Shown here: piece by piece, positions 14,384 through 22,835 of the stretch
Layout: each line of letters begins with the position of its first letter
Numbering within the stretch: position 1 is the stretch's first letter
Assembly: GCF_001945605.1 (NCBI RefSeq)
Contig: NZ_MPKA01000090.1
Coordinates: 1 to 32,000, forward strand
Origin: Dubosiella newyorkensis
GTDB taxonomy: Bacteria > Bacillota_I > Bacilli_A > Erysipelotrichales > Erysipelotrichaceae
Direction: 5' to 3'
Length of the DNA: 32,000 nucleotides
The notes under the pieces: model-generated
Database searches by the model: none
The model's input: the letters and a program-made list of their open reading frames with translations, nothing else
Told to the model about the DNA's origin: nothing
Translations under genes and position numbers: made by a program

Positions 14384-16567
14384 ATGAATCATACAAAACC
14401 AATCCTCAATTCAGAACAACAAAAAGCCATCACAACAACAGAAGGATACGTTCGAGTTATCGCTGGAGCAGGAACCGGAAAGACAAGAGCCCTCTCGCAC
14501 CGCTTCGCTTATCTAGTCAATGAACTCGGTATCATGCCAGCCAACATCCTATGCGTGACCTTTACGAATAAATCCGCCAATGAAATGCGCTCAAGGATCC
14601 ATCAATTAACTGGAGACAATGATACAGGGCTCATCAGCACATTTCATGGCTTCTGCAACACCGTGCTTCTTGAAGAATCGTTCGCGATCGGCTATCCCAA
14701 AAACTTTATTGTTCTAGACAACAGCGATATCGACGAAATCTTAAAGATCATTTACGAAGAAAGAAATTTGACCCTTCGACATATGACCTTCTCCAAGGCG
14801 CGAGATATGATCGAAATCATCAAACTCGAAGAAAATCCAGAATACTATTTAGACTTGATCGAAATGGATCTGAATATTCTCAAAGAAAAATATGAAAAAG
14901 CCAAAAATCCAAAAGATATCATATTTTATGGATATTTGTATCAATGCAAAAAAATGTTCGGACTCGACTATAACGACCTCATCGTCTTAACGCTCTATAT
15001 TTTTGAACAAAACGAAACAATTCGTCAAAAATGGCAAGAACGACTCGAATATATCATGATCGACGAATTTCAAGATATTGATGAACTCCAATATCGCTTG
15101 ATGAAAGTCCTCGCCCAATACCATAAAAACTTATTCATTGTTGGCGATCCCGACCAAACGATCTATACGTGGAGAGGCGCGCGCATCCAATATCTACTCG
15201 ATTTTCCTAACGATTTTGTGCCTACCCAAACGATCATGATGCCCAAAAACTATCGCTCCACCCCTCAGATCTTGAACGCCGCCAATTCCTTGATCTCAAA
15301 CAATGAACAACGCATCAAGAAAGATTTGATCCCAACACTTTCTGACGGGAAAGATGTCCTTGTCCACTATGGAAAAAATGAAGACGATGAAGCCAAATGG
15401 ATTTTAGAAAAAATCAAAGCCCTTCAAAAACAAGGAGTTCAGCTCAACGAGATTGCCATCCTCTACCGAGCCCATTATATATCTCGAGTCATTGAAGAAG
15501 TGTTCTTGAAGGCCGAGCTTCCTTATACGATCTACTCAGGCGTCTCGTTTTTCCAACGCATGGAAATCAAAGACGCCCTATCGTATTTAAGAATGATCGC
15601 GTACAAAGACGATCTCTCGTTTTTGCGATGCGTCAATGTCCCAAAACGAAACATCGGCAACCGCCGCATTAAACACCTTAAAGAATATGCGGCCAAAAAA
15701 GAGATCAGCCTCTATGAAGCGCTAAAAGAAAACGCGAATTCAGACTTATTTAAAACGACGAAAGCGCTGACATTCATTGAATTGATCGAAACATTCAGCA
15801 GCCAATCCAAAGAACAACGTATTTCTGATCTCTTTTCAAAGCTGCTCAACGAAAGCGGATATGAAAGGATGCTTAGGACAGAAGGCAGTCAAGAACGCCT
15901 GGATAATATTGCAGAACTGAAGCAATCGATCTTAGATTATGAAATCAACAGCGGGGAAGAAGCCGAACTCGCCGACTATTTGAACCATATCGCCCTCTAT
16001 ACGAACGCGGATCTCGATATGAAAAAGAATTCCGTCAAAATGATGACGATCCATACCGCAAAAGGCCTCGAATTCAACAATGTCTTTGTGGTAGGACTCA
16101 ATGAAGGAATGTTTCCGACAAAAAAAGTGCAATCGATCGAATCCATGGAAGAAGAAAGAAGACTTGCCTTTGTAGCCCTGACCCGAGCGAAAAAAAGACT
16201 TTACTTAAGCGGAGCGCAAGGAAGAAATTTTGATGGATCGCCAAAATATCCGAGCCGCTTTGTGCTCGATATCGATCCAAGCCTCGTTGAATACGATCCT
16301 AAGCTTCCTGAAACTCTCATCGAAGACAGCAAGCAATTTATCGGCATCCACACTGATTTTATGCGCTTTAAAAAAAAGGAACTCGAATTCGAGCCTGGCA
16401 ATCGCATCGAACATCCCGCCTTTGGAAAAGGAACGATCTTGCAATCCGATCCGATCAACAAAGTGTATACGATCCATTTCGATCGTCTACAAACAGAACG
16501 AAAGATCTCACATCGAGCCAAGCTGAAAAAACTCGACGATCAAACGATCGATCCCCATCTCAATTAA
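14384..16567 (+). CDS. UvrD/PcrA/Rep-family ATP-dependent DNA helicase
   Basis: LNSEQQKAI (Q-motif region), Walker A AGAGTGKT, motif II DEFQDID, VGDPDQTIYTWRGA, KNYRST, TIHTAKGLEF, VALTRAKK, and a C-terminal HPAFGKGTI Tudor-like tail. An in-frame TAA at 14372 fixes the start at 14384. Confidence 0.92.
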   Translation: MNHTKPILNSEQQKAITTTEGYVRVIAGAGTGKTRALSHRFAYLVNELGIMPANILCVTFTNKSANEMRSRIHQLTGDNDTGLISTFHGFCNTVLLEESFAIGYPKNFIVLDNSDIDEILKIIYEERNLTLRHMTFSKARDMIEIIKLEENPEYYLDLIEMDLNILKEKYEKAKNPKDIIFYGYLYQCKKMFGLDYNDLIVLTLYIFEQNETIRQKWQERLEYIMIDEFQDIDELQYRLMKVLAQYHKNLFIVGDPDQTIYTWRGARIQYLLDFPNDFVPTQTIMMPKNYRSTPQILNAANSLISNNEQRIKKDLIPTLSDGKDVLVHYGKNEDDEAKWILEKIKALQKQGVQLNEIAILYRAHYISRVIEEVFLKAELPYTIYSGVSFFQRMEIKDALSYLRMIAYKDDLSFLRCVNVPKRNIGNRRIKHLKEYAAKKEISLYEALKENANSDLFKTTKALTFIELIETFSSQSKEQRISDLFSKLLNESGYERMLRTEGSQERLDNIAELKQSILDYEINSGEEAELADYLNHIALYTNADLDMKKNSVKMMTIHTAKGLEFNNVFVVGLNEGMFPTKKVQSIESMEEERRLAFVALTRAKKRLYLSGAQGRNFDGSPKYPSRFVLDIDPSLVEYDPKLPETLIEDSKQFIGIHTDFMRFKKKELEFEPGNRIEHPAFGKGTILQSDPINKVYTIHFDRLQTERKISHRAKLKKLDDQTIDPHLN

Positions 16568-16646
16568 AAGCGATAAAGAATTAATAAGGTATTTCTTGCT
16601 ATAGCTATCTTGTAGTATAATGAGTGGCATAAAAAAGGAGAACACT

Positions 16647-17393
16647 ATGAAGAGAACACTCAAAAAATTAGGTTTTCTTTTCTTTGCGGGCGTCTTGATG
16701 CTCAGTGGATGCTCAAACTCAAAAGAAAAGAACTTAGAAAAGGCAAAAAAGGAATACGAAAAAGTTCAAGAAGAAGTCGTAGCCGACGATAACGATCCAA
16801 TCAACCGGAAGATCGACTTCGCCGCGCTTGAACAAACCAATCCCGACATTTACGCATGGATCTATATTCCAGATACAACAGTCGACTACCCGATCGTGCA
16901 GTCCGCCGATGACGATAGCTATTACTTGCGAAGAACGATCAATAAAGAAGACAACGAAGCAGGATCGATCTATACCGAACGCTACAATAAGAAAGACTTC
17001 AGCGATCCAGTCACACCTGTCTATGGCCATACTGTATTTACGGAAAATCCAGAATGGGATTCCATGTTCACGGACCTTCACAAATATGAGGATCCAGCAT
17101 TTTTCGAATCTCAACCTTATATTTATATCTATACGCCGACTAAGACGATCAAATACCAAGTCTTTTCCGCCCTCACATTTGATGACCGCTATTTGCTCAA
17201 TGAAGACTACACAGATCCGGAAACGTTCCAGAACTATTATGATGAACTGATCAATACAGCCGGAGCCAACACGAACCGCGACCTGCAAGTGAGCCAAGCC
17301 TCCAAGATCTTGTCTTTATCGACGTGCGTCGGGGTAGGTTCTGATCAAAGATGGATCGTGAATGCGACCGAAGTCGAAGAAAAAGCTGTCTAA
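16647..17393 (+). CDS. srtB: class B sortase
   Basis: The track ORF starts at 16620. I prefer ATG 16647, 6 nt after AAGGAG. There is an N-terminal anchor (LGFLFFAGVLMLSGC), then NPDIYAWIYIPDTTVDYPIVQSADDDSYYLRRT, and the catalytic Cys in LSLSTC. Confidence 0.88.
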   Translation: MKRTLKKLGFLFFAGVLMLSGCSNSKEKNLEKAKKEYEKVQEEVVADDNDPINRKIDFAALEQTNPDIYAWIYIPDTTVDYPIVQSADDDSYYLRRTINKEDNEAGSIYTERYNKKDFSDPVTPVYGHTVFTENPEWDSMFTDLHKYEDPAFFESQPYIYIYTPTKTIKYQVFSALTFDDRYLLNEDYTDPETFQNYYDELINTAGANTNRDLQVSQASKILSLSTCVGVGSDQRWIVNATEVEEKAV

Positions 17394-17404
17394 AAACATA
17401 ACGT

Positions 17405-17436
17405 AAAAAGGATATCCTCAAGGGATATCCTTTTTT
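17405..17436. terminator. bidirectional rho-independent terminator between sortase and the convergent foldase operon
   Basis: A 10-bp stem, AAGGATATCC (17408-17417) with GGATATCCTT (17423-17432), and a 5-nt loop. It is flanked by an A-run and TTTTTT. Confidence 0.85.
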
Positions 17437-17443
17437 AAACATC

Positions 17444-18355
17444 TTAATCCGTTTCTTTCGCCGTTTCCATCAAATCAGGGTGGGTCACTAAATACTCAGG
17501 CGTATTTTGCTTGTAATAATCAAACAATTCTTGATCATACACCTCAAAATCGTATTTTGTTAAATAATAGACAAGACAGCTTTTCGACATGCTCGAATCG
17601 CTTCCAAGCGTATCCGCGATTCTATCTACATTTTCATCATAATCATTGGAAACGAGAACAGCCACATAATAAGATGGATTTGAATCCTCGGTTTCATACA
17701 CCTCAGGCATGACTCCCGCTTCGCTCGCCGAATTGAGCGCGTTGATCAACCGCGTGGGCAAAGCAGAATCATTTGTCGTGACCAATTCCTCAGAACCCGT
17801 ATAACTAGAAGAATCAAGCCCATATTGTTCTGCGACTTCTTGCGCACTCTTTCCATCCTTCAACGCTTGCAAAGCCTGATCGGCATTTTCCTTAGTGTCG
17901 CATTGGATCACTTGCGCAATACTCGGTTTATATTGAAGCTCGATCGTTTCCGCGTCATCCACAAAATATTTCTTCATAAGCGCTTGCGCTTGCACGCCAG
18001 GAAGCATGACCTTATCGATATAATCTTGCTTGTCTTTATAGCCGAGATTCACGATTTGATCGACGACCTTTTCATTGTTTTCAGCAATCAATTTGAATTG
18101 GTCTTCCGCTTCCTTTTTCATTTCCTCGTTAACAGGCACTTCTTTATCATAGATCACGTTCTGCGCCATCGTGATGACTTGAACTGGACCATTGCTCGTT
18201 TTTAATAAATCGTATTCTTGACCTTTCGTCACGCTCACATCGCCAATCGTCATGACTTTTTCGCTAGCATCTGTGATCGAAGTCGTATGTTCGCTAGAGC
18301 AGCCGCTCAACAACAAAGCCGAAAGCATCAAAGGCATTGCCAAACTCTTTTTCAT
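17444..18355 (-). CDS. PrsA-like foldase lipoprotein with degenerate parvulin-like domain
   Basis: Lipobox LLLSGC after a signal peptide, and RBS GGGAGG. The layout is SurA/PrsA-like: an N-terminal chaperone region, then PSIAQVIQCDTKENADQALQALKDGKSAQEVAEQYG. The start overlaps the upstream gene stop by 1 nt (TAATG). Confidence 0.7.
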   Translation of the reverse strand: MKKSLAMPLMLSALLLSGCSSEHTTSITDASEKVMTIGDVSVTKGQEYDLLKTSNGPVQVITMAQNVIYDKEVPVNEEMKKEAEDQFKLIAENNEKVVDQIVNLGYKDKQDYIDKVMLPGVQAQALMKKYFVDDAETIELQYKPSIAQVIQCDTKENADQALQALKDGKSAQEVAEQYGLDSSSYTGSEELVTTNDSALPTRLINALNSASEAGVMPEVYETEDSNPSYYVAVLVSNDYDENVDRIADTLGSDSSMSKSCLVYYLTKYDFEVYDQELFDYYKQNTPEYLVTHPDLMETAKETD

Positions 18356-19377
18356 TACGCATTGCCTCCCTTCAATTGTTCGATATATCGATCCAATTTC
18401 TCTTTTGCGTCTTGGTCTTCAAATTCGATCTTTAGATCTTTCGCCGCGTTTTCCAAAATATCCGCTTCCAAGCCTGCCTTCGCATTCAAGATCGAAAATA
18501 ATAATGATTTTTTGACATCTTCATCTTTGTTTTGGTGGATCTTTTCAAGATCCGTTTCATCAACATGGATCTTATAAAGAGAAATGACACCTGTCTGCGA
18601 GTTCTTCACTTCGATCCAGTCGCTCGTCTCGCCTTTATTTAATTCAAGACCTTTCGCGAGCAAGTTTTGATCTAAACCTGTCGAAGAAGCCGAAGAGCTT
18701 GAATCGATGTATCCAAATAAACCATCTTTGGCTGCCGTTGCGGCATCATCTGAAAAAGCGGTCGCCGCTTGAGCAAACGAATCCGATTCGATCGCTTTAT
18801 CGATGCTATCTCTCTTTTTCGTTTCTTCATCGGTAAGATTTTGAGGATCCGCCGCCTCCATTTTGATGATCGAAACGATCCGAGGCTTCGCATCTTTCAA
18901 CGAATCTTTCAGCTCCTCAAAATGGGCATCCACATACTCTTGGTTGAGAGAACGCTGCTTGACTGTCATTAAAGCGTAGTCGTATAAATCATCATAACTG
19001 CCATATCCATAACTGGCCAGCTCTTGCGTGATCGCATCCCGGTACGTTGAAGAATTCTGGCTTGAAACGTTCGAGCGGATCGTTTTTTCCATCGATTTAG
19101 CTTGCTCTTCCATTTCCTTTGTAGTTTCCACGCTTTGTTCGACCACCGCGTTTCGGTATAAATTATAAAGCAAAGCGCCATCGAACTGTGAAAAGTTTTC
19201 AAACAATGCGTCCGCCGTGATGTTAGAATCAGCTAATGAAGCGACGACATCTTTTCCATCCGCCTTCTTCGAATCGACCTTTCCTGTATTGGAGTCGTAT
19301 ACAAAATAGCCAACGAAAGCGATGATGATCACCGCGATCAAAATGACGAACCAATTGTCTTTGATCAAGTCTGACAT
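18355..19377 (-). CDS. membrane-anchored PrsA/PpiD-like foldase with degenerate parvulin-like domain
   Basis: RBS AAGGAGG and an N-terminal TM anchor (WFVILIAVIIIAFVGYFVY). PRIVSIIKM...FAQAATAFSDD...DGLFGYID...ISLYKIHV follows the parvulin layout but lacks the usual SHIL histidine. Confidence 0.7.
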   Translation of the reverse strand: MSDLIKDNWFVILIAVIIIAFVGYFVYDSNTGKVDSKKADGKDVVASLADSNITADALFENFSQFDGALLYNLYRNAVVEQSVETTKEMEEQAKSMEKTIRSNVSSQNSSTYRDAITQELASYGYGSYDDLYDYALMTVKQRSLNQEYVDAHFEELKDSLKDAKPRIVSIIKMEAADPQNLTDEETKKRDSIDKAIESDSFAQAATAFSDDAATAAKDGLFGYIDSSSSASSTGLDQNLLAKGLELNKGETSDWIEVKNSQTGVISLYKIHVDETDLEKIHQNKDEDVKKSLLFSILNAKAGLEADILENAAKDLKIEFEDQDAKEKLDRYIEQLKGGNA

Positions 19378-19405
19378 AGAGACCTCCTTTTAAAATATCC
19401 ATAAA

Positions 19406-19434
19406 ATTATAAGAGATTTTCTTTTTAAAAGCAA
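19406..19434 (-). promoter_or_regulatory. candidate sigma-A promoter for the foldase operon (TTGCTT-17-TATAAT on minus strand)
   Basis: The reverse complement of 19406-19434 reads TTGCTT ttaaaaagaaaatctct TATAAT. The -10 lies ~28 nt upstream of ATG 19377. Confidence 0.6.
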
Positions 19435-19456
19435 TGTTTGCACAAAATCGTATGCA

Positions 19457-19485
19457 TTGAGATTTACATAGAATTTTGCTATGAT
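19457..19485 (+). promoter_or_regulatory. candidate sigma-A promoter for the suf operon (TTGAGA-17-TGcTATGAT, extended -10)
   Basis: TTGAGA at 19457-19462, a 17-nt spacer ending in TGc, and TATGAT at 19480-19485, ~25 nt before ATG 19510. Confidence 0.6.
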
Positions 19486-19509
19486 TACACCGTGAAAAGA
19501 GGTATCAAT

Positions 19510-20331
19510 ATGCCCGAATTAGTGGTTAAAGACTTACACGTACGTGTAGACGATAAAGAAATATTAAAAGGAGTCGATCTCGTCATCAAAGACGGAGAAA
19601 GACACGCACTCATGGGCCCGAATGGAAATGGGAAAAGCACGCTTTTAGCCGCCATTATGGGAAACCCGAAATTCACTGTTACACAAGGAGAGATCACCTA
19701 CGATGGAAAAGACGTCCTCGCGATGGAAGTCGATGAAAGAAGCCGATTAGGAATCTTTTTAGGCATGCAATATCCAAGCGAGATCCCAGGCGTGACCAAC
19801 TCTGATTTTTTAAGAACAGCGATCAACGCAAGAAGCGAAAAACCAATTTCGCTGTTCAAATTCATCAAAGAAATGGATCGAGCCATCAAGGAACTTGAAA
19901 TGAAACCCGATCTCGCTCACCGCTTTTTGAACGATGGATTCTCTGGCGGCGAGAAAAAACGCAACGAGATCGTGCAGATGATGCTTTTAAAGCCAACTCT
20001 TTCCATGCTTGATGAAATCGATTCCGGCCTGGATGTCGACGCTTTACGTATCGTTGCCGACGCGATCCAAAAATGCCAGGAAGAAACGAATATGGGAATG
20101 ATCATCGTCTCCCATTACGCGCGCTTCTTAGACTATTTAAAGCCAACACACGCCCACGTCTTGATCGATGGAAAGATCGTGATCTCTGGAGGCGTTGAAC
20201 TCGTCGACAAGATCGACAAGGAAGGCTATGATTGGATCGAAAAAGAATATCATGTCAAAGCCAACAAAGAAGAAGAAAACACAAGACCGATCTCATTGGG
20301 CAGCTGCGGCGCAAAAAGGAGAGGGTTTTAA
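19510..20331 (+). CDS. sufC: Fe-S cluster assembly ATPase SufC
   Basis: The track ORF starts at 19438. I prefer ATG 19510 after GAAAAGAGG. Walker A GPNGNGKST, signature FSGGEKKR and Walker B LSMLDEIDSGLD are present. It is the first gene of a sufCDSUB array. Confidence 0.95.
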   Translation: MPELVVKDLHVRVDDKEILKGVDLVIKDGERHALMGPNGNGKSTLLAAIMGNPKFTVTQGEITYDGKDVLAMEVDERSRLGIFLGMQYPSEIPGVTNSDFLRTAINARSEKPISLFKFIKEMDRAIKELEMKPDLAHRFLNDGFSGGEKKRNEIVQMMLLKPTLSMLDEIDSGLDVDALRIVADAIQKCQEETNMGMIIVSHYARFLDYLKPTHAHVLIDGKIVISGGVELVDKIDKEGYDWIEKEYHVKANKEEENTRPISLGSCGAKRRGF

Positions 20332-21119
20332 TGGAGAGAATCTATGAAGACGAGTTTCAAGACGTACTTGAACTCAAAGAAGAAAAAGAACTCAAGATCC
20401 TCGTCTCCCCACATACCTATGGAAATACGCGCCTGATTTTAAAAGAAGAAGGAGAATACCGGATAGAGCTTGCGCCTATGCACTCGACATCGATCCATTT
20501 ATTTATCCAAAACAAAGCCCAAGGAAAAGTGCGCCTTCATCTACTCGGCGATATTCAAGAAAACGCCGATGTGAAGCTCGGACTGCTTGATCTAGAAGAT
20601 ACAGACTTCGAACTCTACGAATCGTTCGATCTAAAAGCGCCAGGTGCGAGAATTGAACTCTATACAGCGCAGCTTTGCCAAGATCAAAAGAAAAAAGGCG
20701 ATATCCTCGTCCGCCATTCAAGTCCTTATACGTATGGATATATGCATAATTTCGCGGTGCTGAAAGATGGCGCAAATTATGAGATGGTCGCCAATGGAAC
20801 GATCGATAAAGGGGCAAGAGAAGCGGCCTCTCATCAAGAGACGCGCGTGCTGACTGTAGGCAAAGAACACGCGACCAAAGTCATCCCACTTTTGATGATC
20901 GACGAAAACGATGTCAAAGCCTCTCACGCCTTGACGATCGGCGAACCTGACGAAAACCAGCTTTATTATTTAGAATCCCGTGGACTGAGCAAAGAAATGG
21001 CGCTTGGTCTTTTGAGTGTCGGCTACTTTATGCCGACGATCGAAATGATCCAAGAGGAAGAAATCCGAGAAAAAACACGGGAAGAAATGGAAAGAAAGGT
21101 AGGCGTTTATGGACATTAA
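20331..21119 (+). CDS. sufD: Fe-S cluster assembly protein SufD (short form, 262 aa)
   Basis: ATG 20331 overlaps the sufC stop (TAATG). The C-terminal motif VKASHALTIGEPDENQLYYLESRGLS is typical of the SufB/SufD family. Position between sufC and sufS supports the call. Confidence 0.85.
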   Translation: MERIYEDEFQDVLELKEEKELKILVSPHTYGNTRLILKEEGEYRIELAPMHSTSIHLFIQNKAQGKVRLHLLGDIQENADVKLGLLDLEDTDFELYESFDLKAPGARIELYTAQLCQDQKKKGDILVRHSSPYTYGYMHNFAVLKDGANYEMVANGTIDKGAREAASHQETRVLTVGKEHATKVIPLLMIDENDVKASHALTIGEPDENQLYYLESRGLSKEMALGLLSVGYFMPTIEMIQEEEIREKTREEMERKVGVYGH

Positions 21120-22362
21120 AGACCATATCGGCGAAATTCGCGCAGAATTTCCAATCTTGAAGCGAACGATGAGCGATCATCCTCTCGTTTATCTTGATAA
21201 TTGCGCGACGACCTTAAAACCAAGATCTGTGATCGATACAGTCGTTCATTACTATACGTATTTAGGAGCCAATGCGCATCGAGGCGATTATGAAATGAGC
21301 GCTCAAGTCGATTTCGCTTACGAAGGCGCAAGAAAACTCACGAAAGATTTTATCCATGCGGCAAAAAAAGAAGAAATTGTCTTTACATCCGGCACCACAG
21401 AAAGTTTGAATATCCTAGCTATGTCGATCACCAACACATGGCTTCAAGAAGGAGATGTCGTTCTTTCAACGGTCGCTGAACACGCTTCAAGTGTGCTGCC
21501 ATGGCTAGAAGCAGGCGAAAGCAAAGGAATCAAAGTCGAGTACATTCCATTGGATGAAAAAGGACGGATCACCGTGGAGAATTTCAAAAAAGCTCTTCAT
21601 CCAAAGGTGAAAGTCGTCTGCTTCGCACAAGTCTCCAACGTGTTGGGATATGAGGCGCCAGTCAAAGAAATCGTAAAGATCGCCCATGAAAACGGGATCA
21701 AGGTCGTTGTCGATGGCGCGCAATCGATCGCGCATCTTCCAGTCGACGTACAAGACCTCGATGTGGATTTCTTTTGTTTTTCAGCCCATAAAATGTGCGG
21801 ACCGACAGGAATCGGAGTTCTTTATGGAAAACTCGAATATCTCGACGCTCTAAGTCCGATCTACTTTGGCGGCGAAAGCAATGCGCGCTTTTCAAAATGT
21901 GGCAAATTAAAGCTGAAGAAAACCCCATTTAAATACGAAAGCGGCACCCAGCCGATCGAAGGCGCTTTGGGCATGGCGGCAGCGATGAAATTCGTCGATA
22001 AGATCGGCAAAGAAAACGTCCACCGCTATGAGCTCGAACTAAAGCACTACTTTTTAGAAAAGATCAAAGATGTCGACAACGTCAAGGTCTACAACGCGGA
22101 TGCCAAGTCGGGAATCATCACCTTCAATGTCTATGACAAAGGCGAATTGATCTTCCCGCAAGATGTGGCCAGCTTCTTGAACACAAAAGGGATCGCTGTA
22201 AGATCAGGAGAGCATTGCGCTAAGCTGCTCGGGGAAGTTTTAGGTGTTCCTGGAACTTGCCGTGCCAGCGTCTACTTCTACAATACATTTGAAGAAATCG
22301 ACAAATTTGTCCTAGCCTTGAAGGAAGCCTCCTTTGAGACGTGTCTCGACATTTTCTTTTGA
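21109..22362 (+). CDS. sufS: cysteine desulfurase SufS (class II aminotransferase V)
   Basis: The PLP lysine is in FSAHKMCGPTGIG and the catalytic Cys in RSGEHCA. The N-terminus has EFPIL...YLDNCATT. Confidence 0.95.
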   Translation: MDIKDHIGEIRAEFPILKRTMSDHPLVYLDNCATTLKPRSVIDTVVHYYTYLGANAHRGDYEMSAQVDFAYEGARKLTKDFIHAAKKEEIVFTSGTTESLNILAMSITNTWLQEGDVVLSTVAEHASSVLPWLEAGESKGIKVEYIPLDEKGRITVENFKKALHPKVKVVCFAQVSNVLGYEAPVKEIVKIAHENGIKVVVDGAQSIAHLPVDVQDLDVDFFCFSAHKMCGPTGIGVLYGKLEYLDALSPIYFGGESNARFSKCGKLKLKKTPFKYESGTQPIEGALGMAAAMKFVDKIGKENVHRYELELKHYFLEKIKDVDNVKVYNADAKSGIITFNVYDKGELIFPQDVASFLNTKGIAVRSGEHCAKLLGEVLGVPGTCRASVYFYNTFEEIDKFVLALKEASFETCLDIFF

Positions 22363-22376
22363 AAGGAGGAATAGAT

Positions 22377-22835
22377 ATGGCGAATATCGATGGAACGATC
22401 CTTCGGGACATCATCATGGACCATTATCAATATCCAAGAAATAAAACACTCGTCGAAAACGACGATTCATATAAATCCAAACATATGGCCAGCGATTCAT
22501 GCATCGACGATATCACCGTCCAAGCGAAAGTTAAAGACGGAAAGATTGAAGATGTTCGCTTCGATGGTGTTGCTTGCGCAATTTCGACAGCTTCTACCGA
22601 CATTATGGGCGAGCTTTTAAAAGGAAAGACAATCCTAGAAGCTCAAGAGATCATCGACAATTATATGGCGATGGTAGACGAAGAAGCTTACGACGAAGAG
22701 CTTCTCGATGAAGCGATCGCGTTCCAAAACGTTGGCAAGCAAGCCAATCGGATCAAATGCGCAACCATTGGATGGAATGGGATCCAAGAGATCCTCAACG
22801 ATACAAAGAAGGGGGAAGAAGATGGACAACAATAA
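22377..22835 (+). CDS. sufU: Fe-S cluster sulfur-transfer/scaffold protein SufU
   Basis: The track ORF starts at 22341. I prefer ATG 22377 after AAAGGAGGA. The three conserved Cys are in [14 protein letters not shown] and RIKCATI. Confidence 0.92.
   Translation: MANIDGTILRDIIMDHYQYPRNKTLVENDDSYKSKHMASDSCIDDITVQAKVKDGKIEDVRFDGVACAISTASTDIMGELLKGKTILEAQEIIDNYMAMVDEEAYDEELLDEAIAFQNVGKQANRIKCATIGWNGIQEILNDTKKGEEDGQQ

Noticed and set aside
14384-16567. UvrD-family helicase as part of an anti-phage defence system
   Set aside because: It has a complete housekeeping-type motif set including the C-terminal Tudor-like tail. No adjacent nuclease, ATPase, methylase or other defence-associated partner is present, and its flanks are a convergently ending esterase gene and a sortase gene.
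16734-17297. 187-aa antisense ORF inside the sortase gene, with similar antisense or alternate-frame ORFs inside the helicase, foldase, suf, LRR and kinase genes
   Set aside because: These are shadow ORFs of confidently identified genes. They have no motifs or RBSs, and their composition is typical of antisense translation.
19438-22821. Long N-terminal extensions given by the ORF track for sufC (19438), sufD (20232), sufU (22341) and sufB (22708), and likewise for 16620, 24667, 26783 and 11340
   Set aside because: Internal ATGs preceded by GGAGG-type sites give proteins of canonical length and N-termini. The extensions overlap the upstream genes and have no homology-like features.
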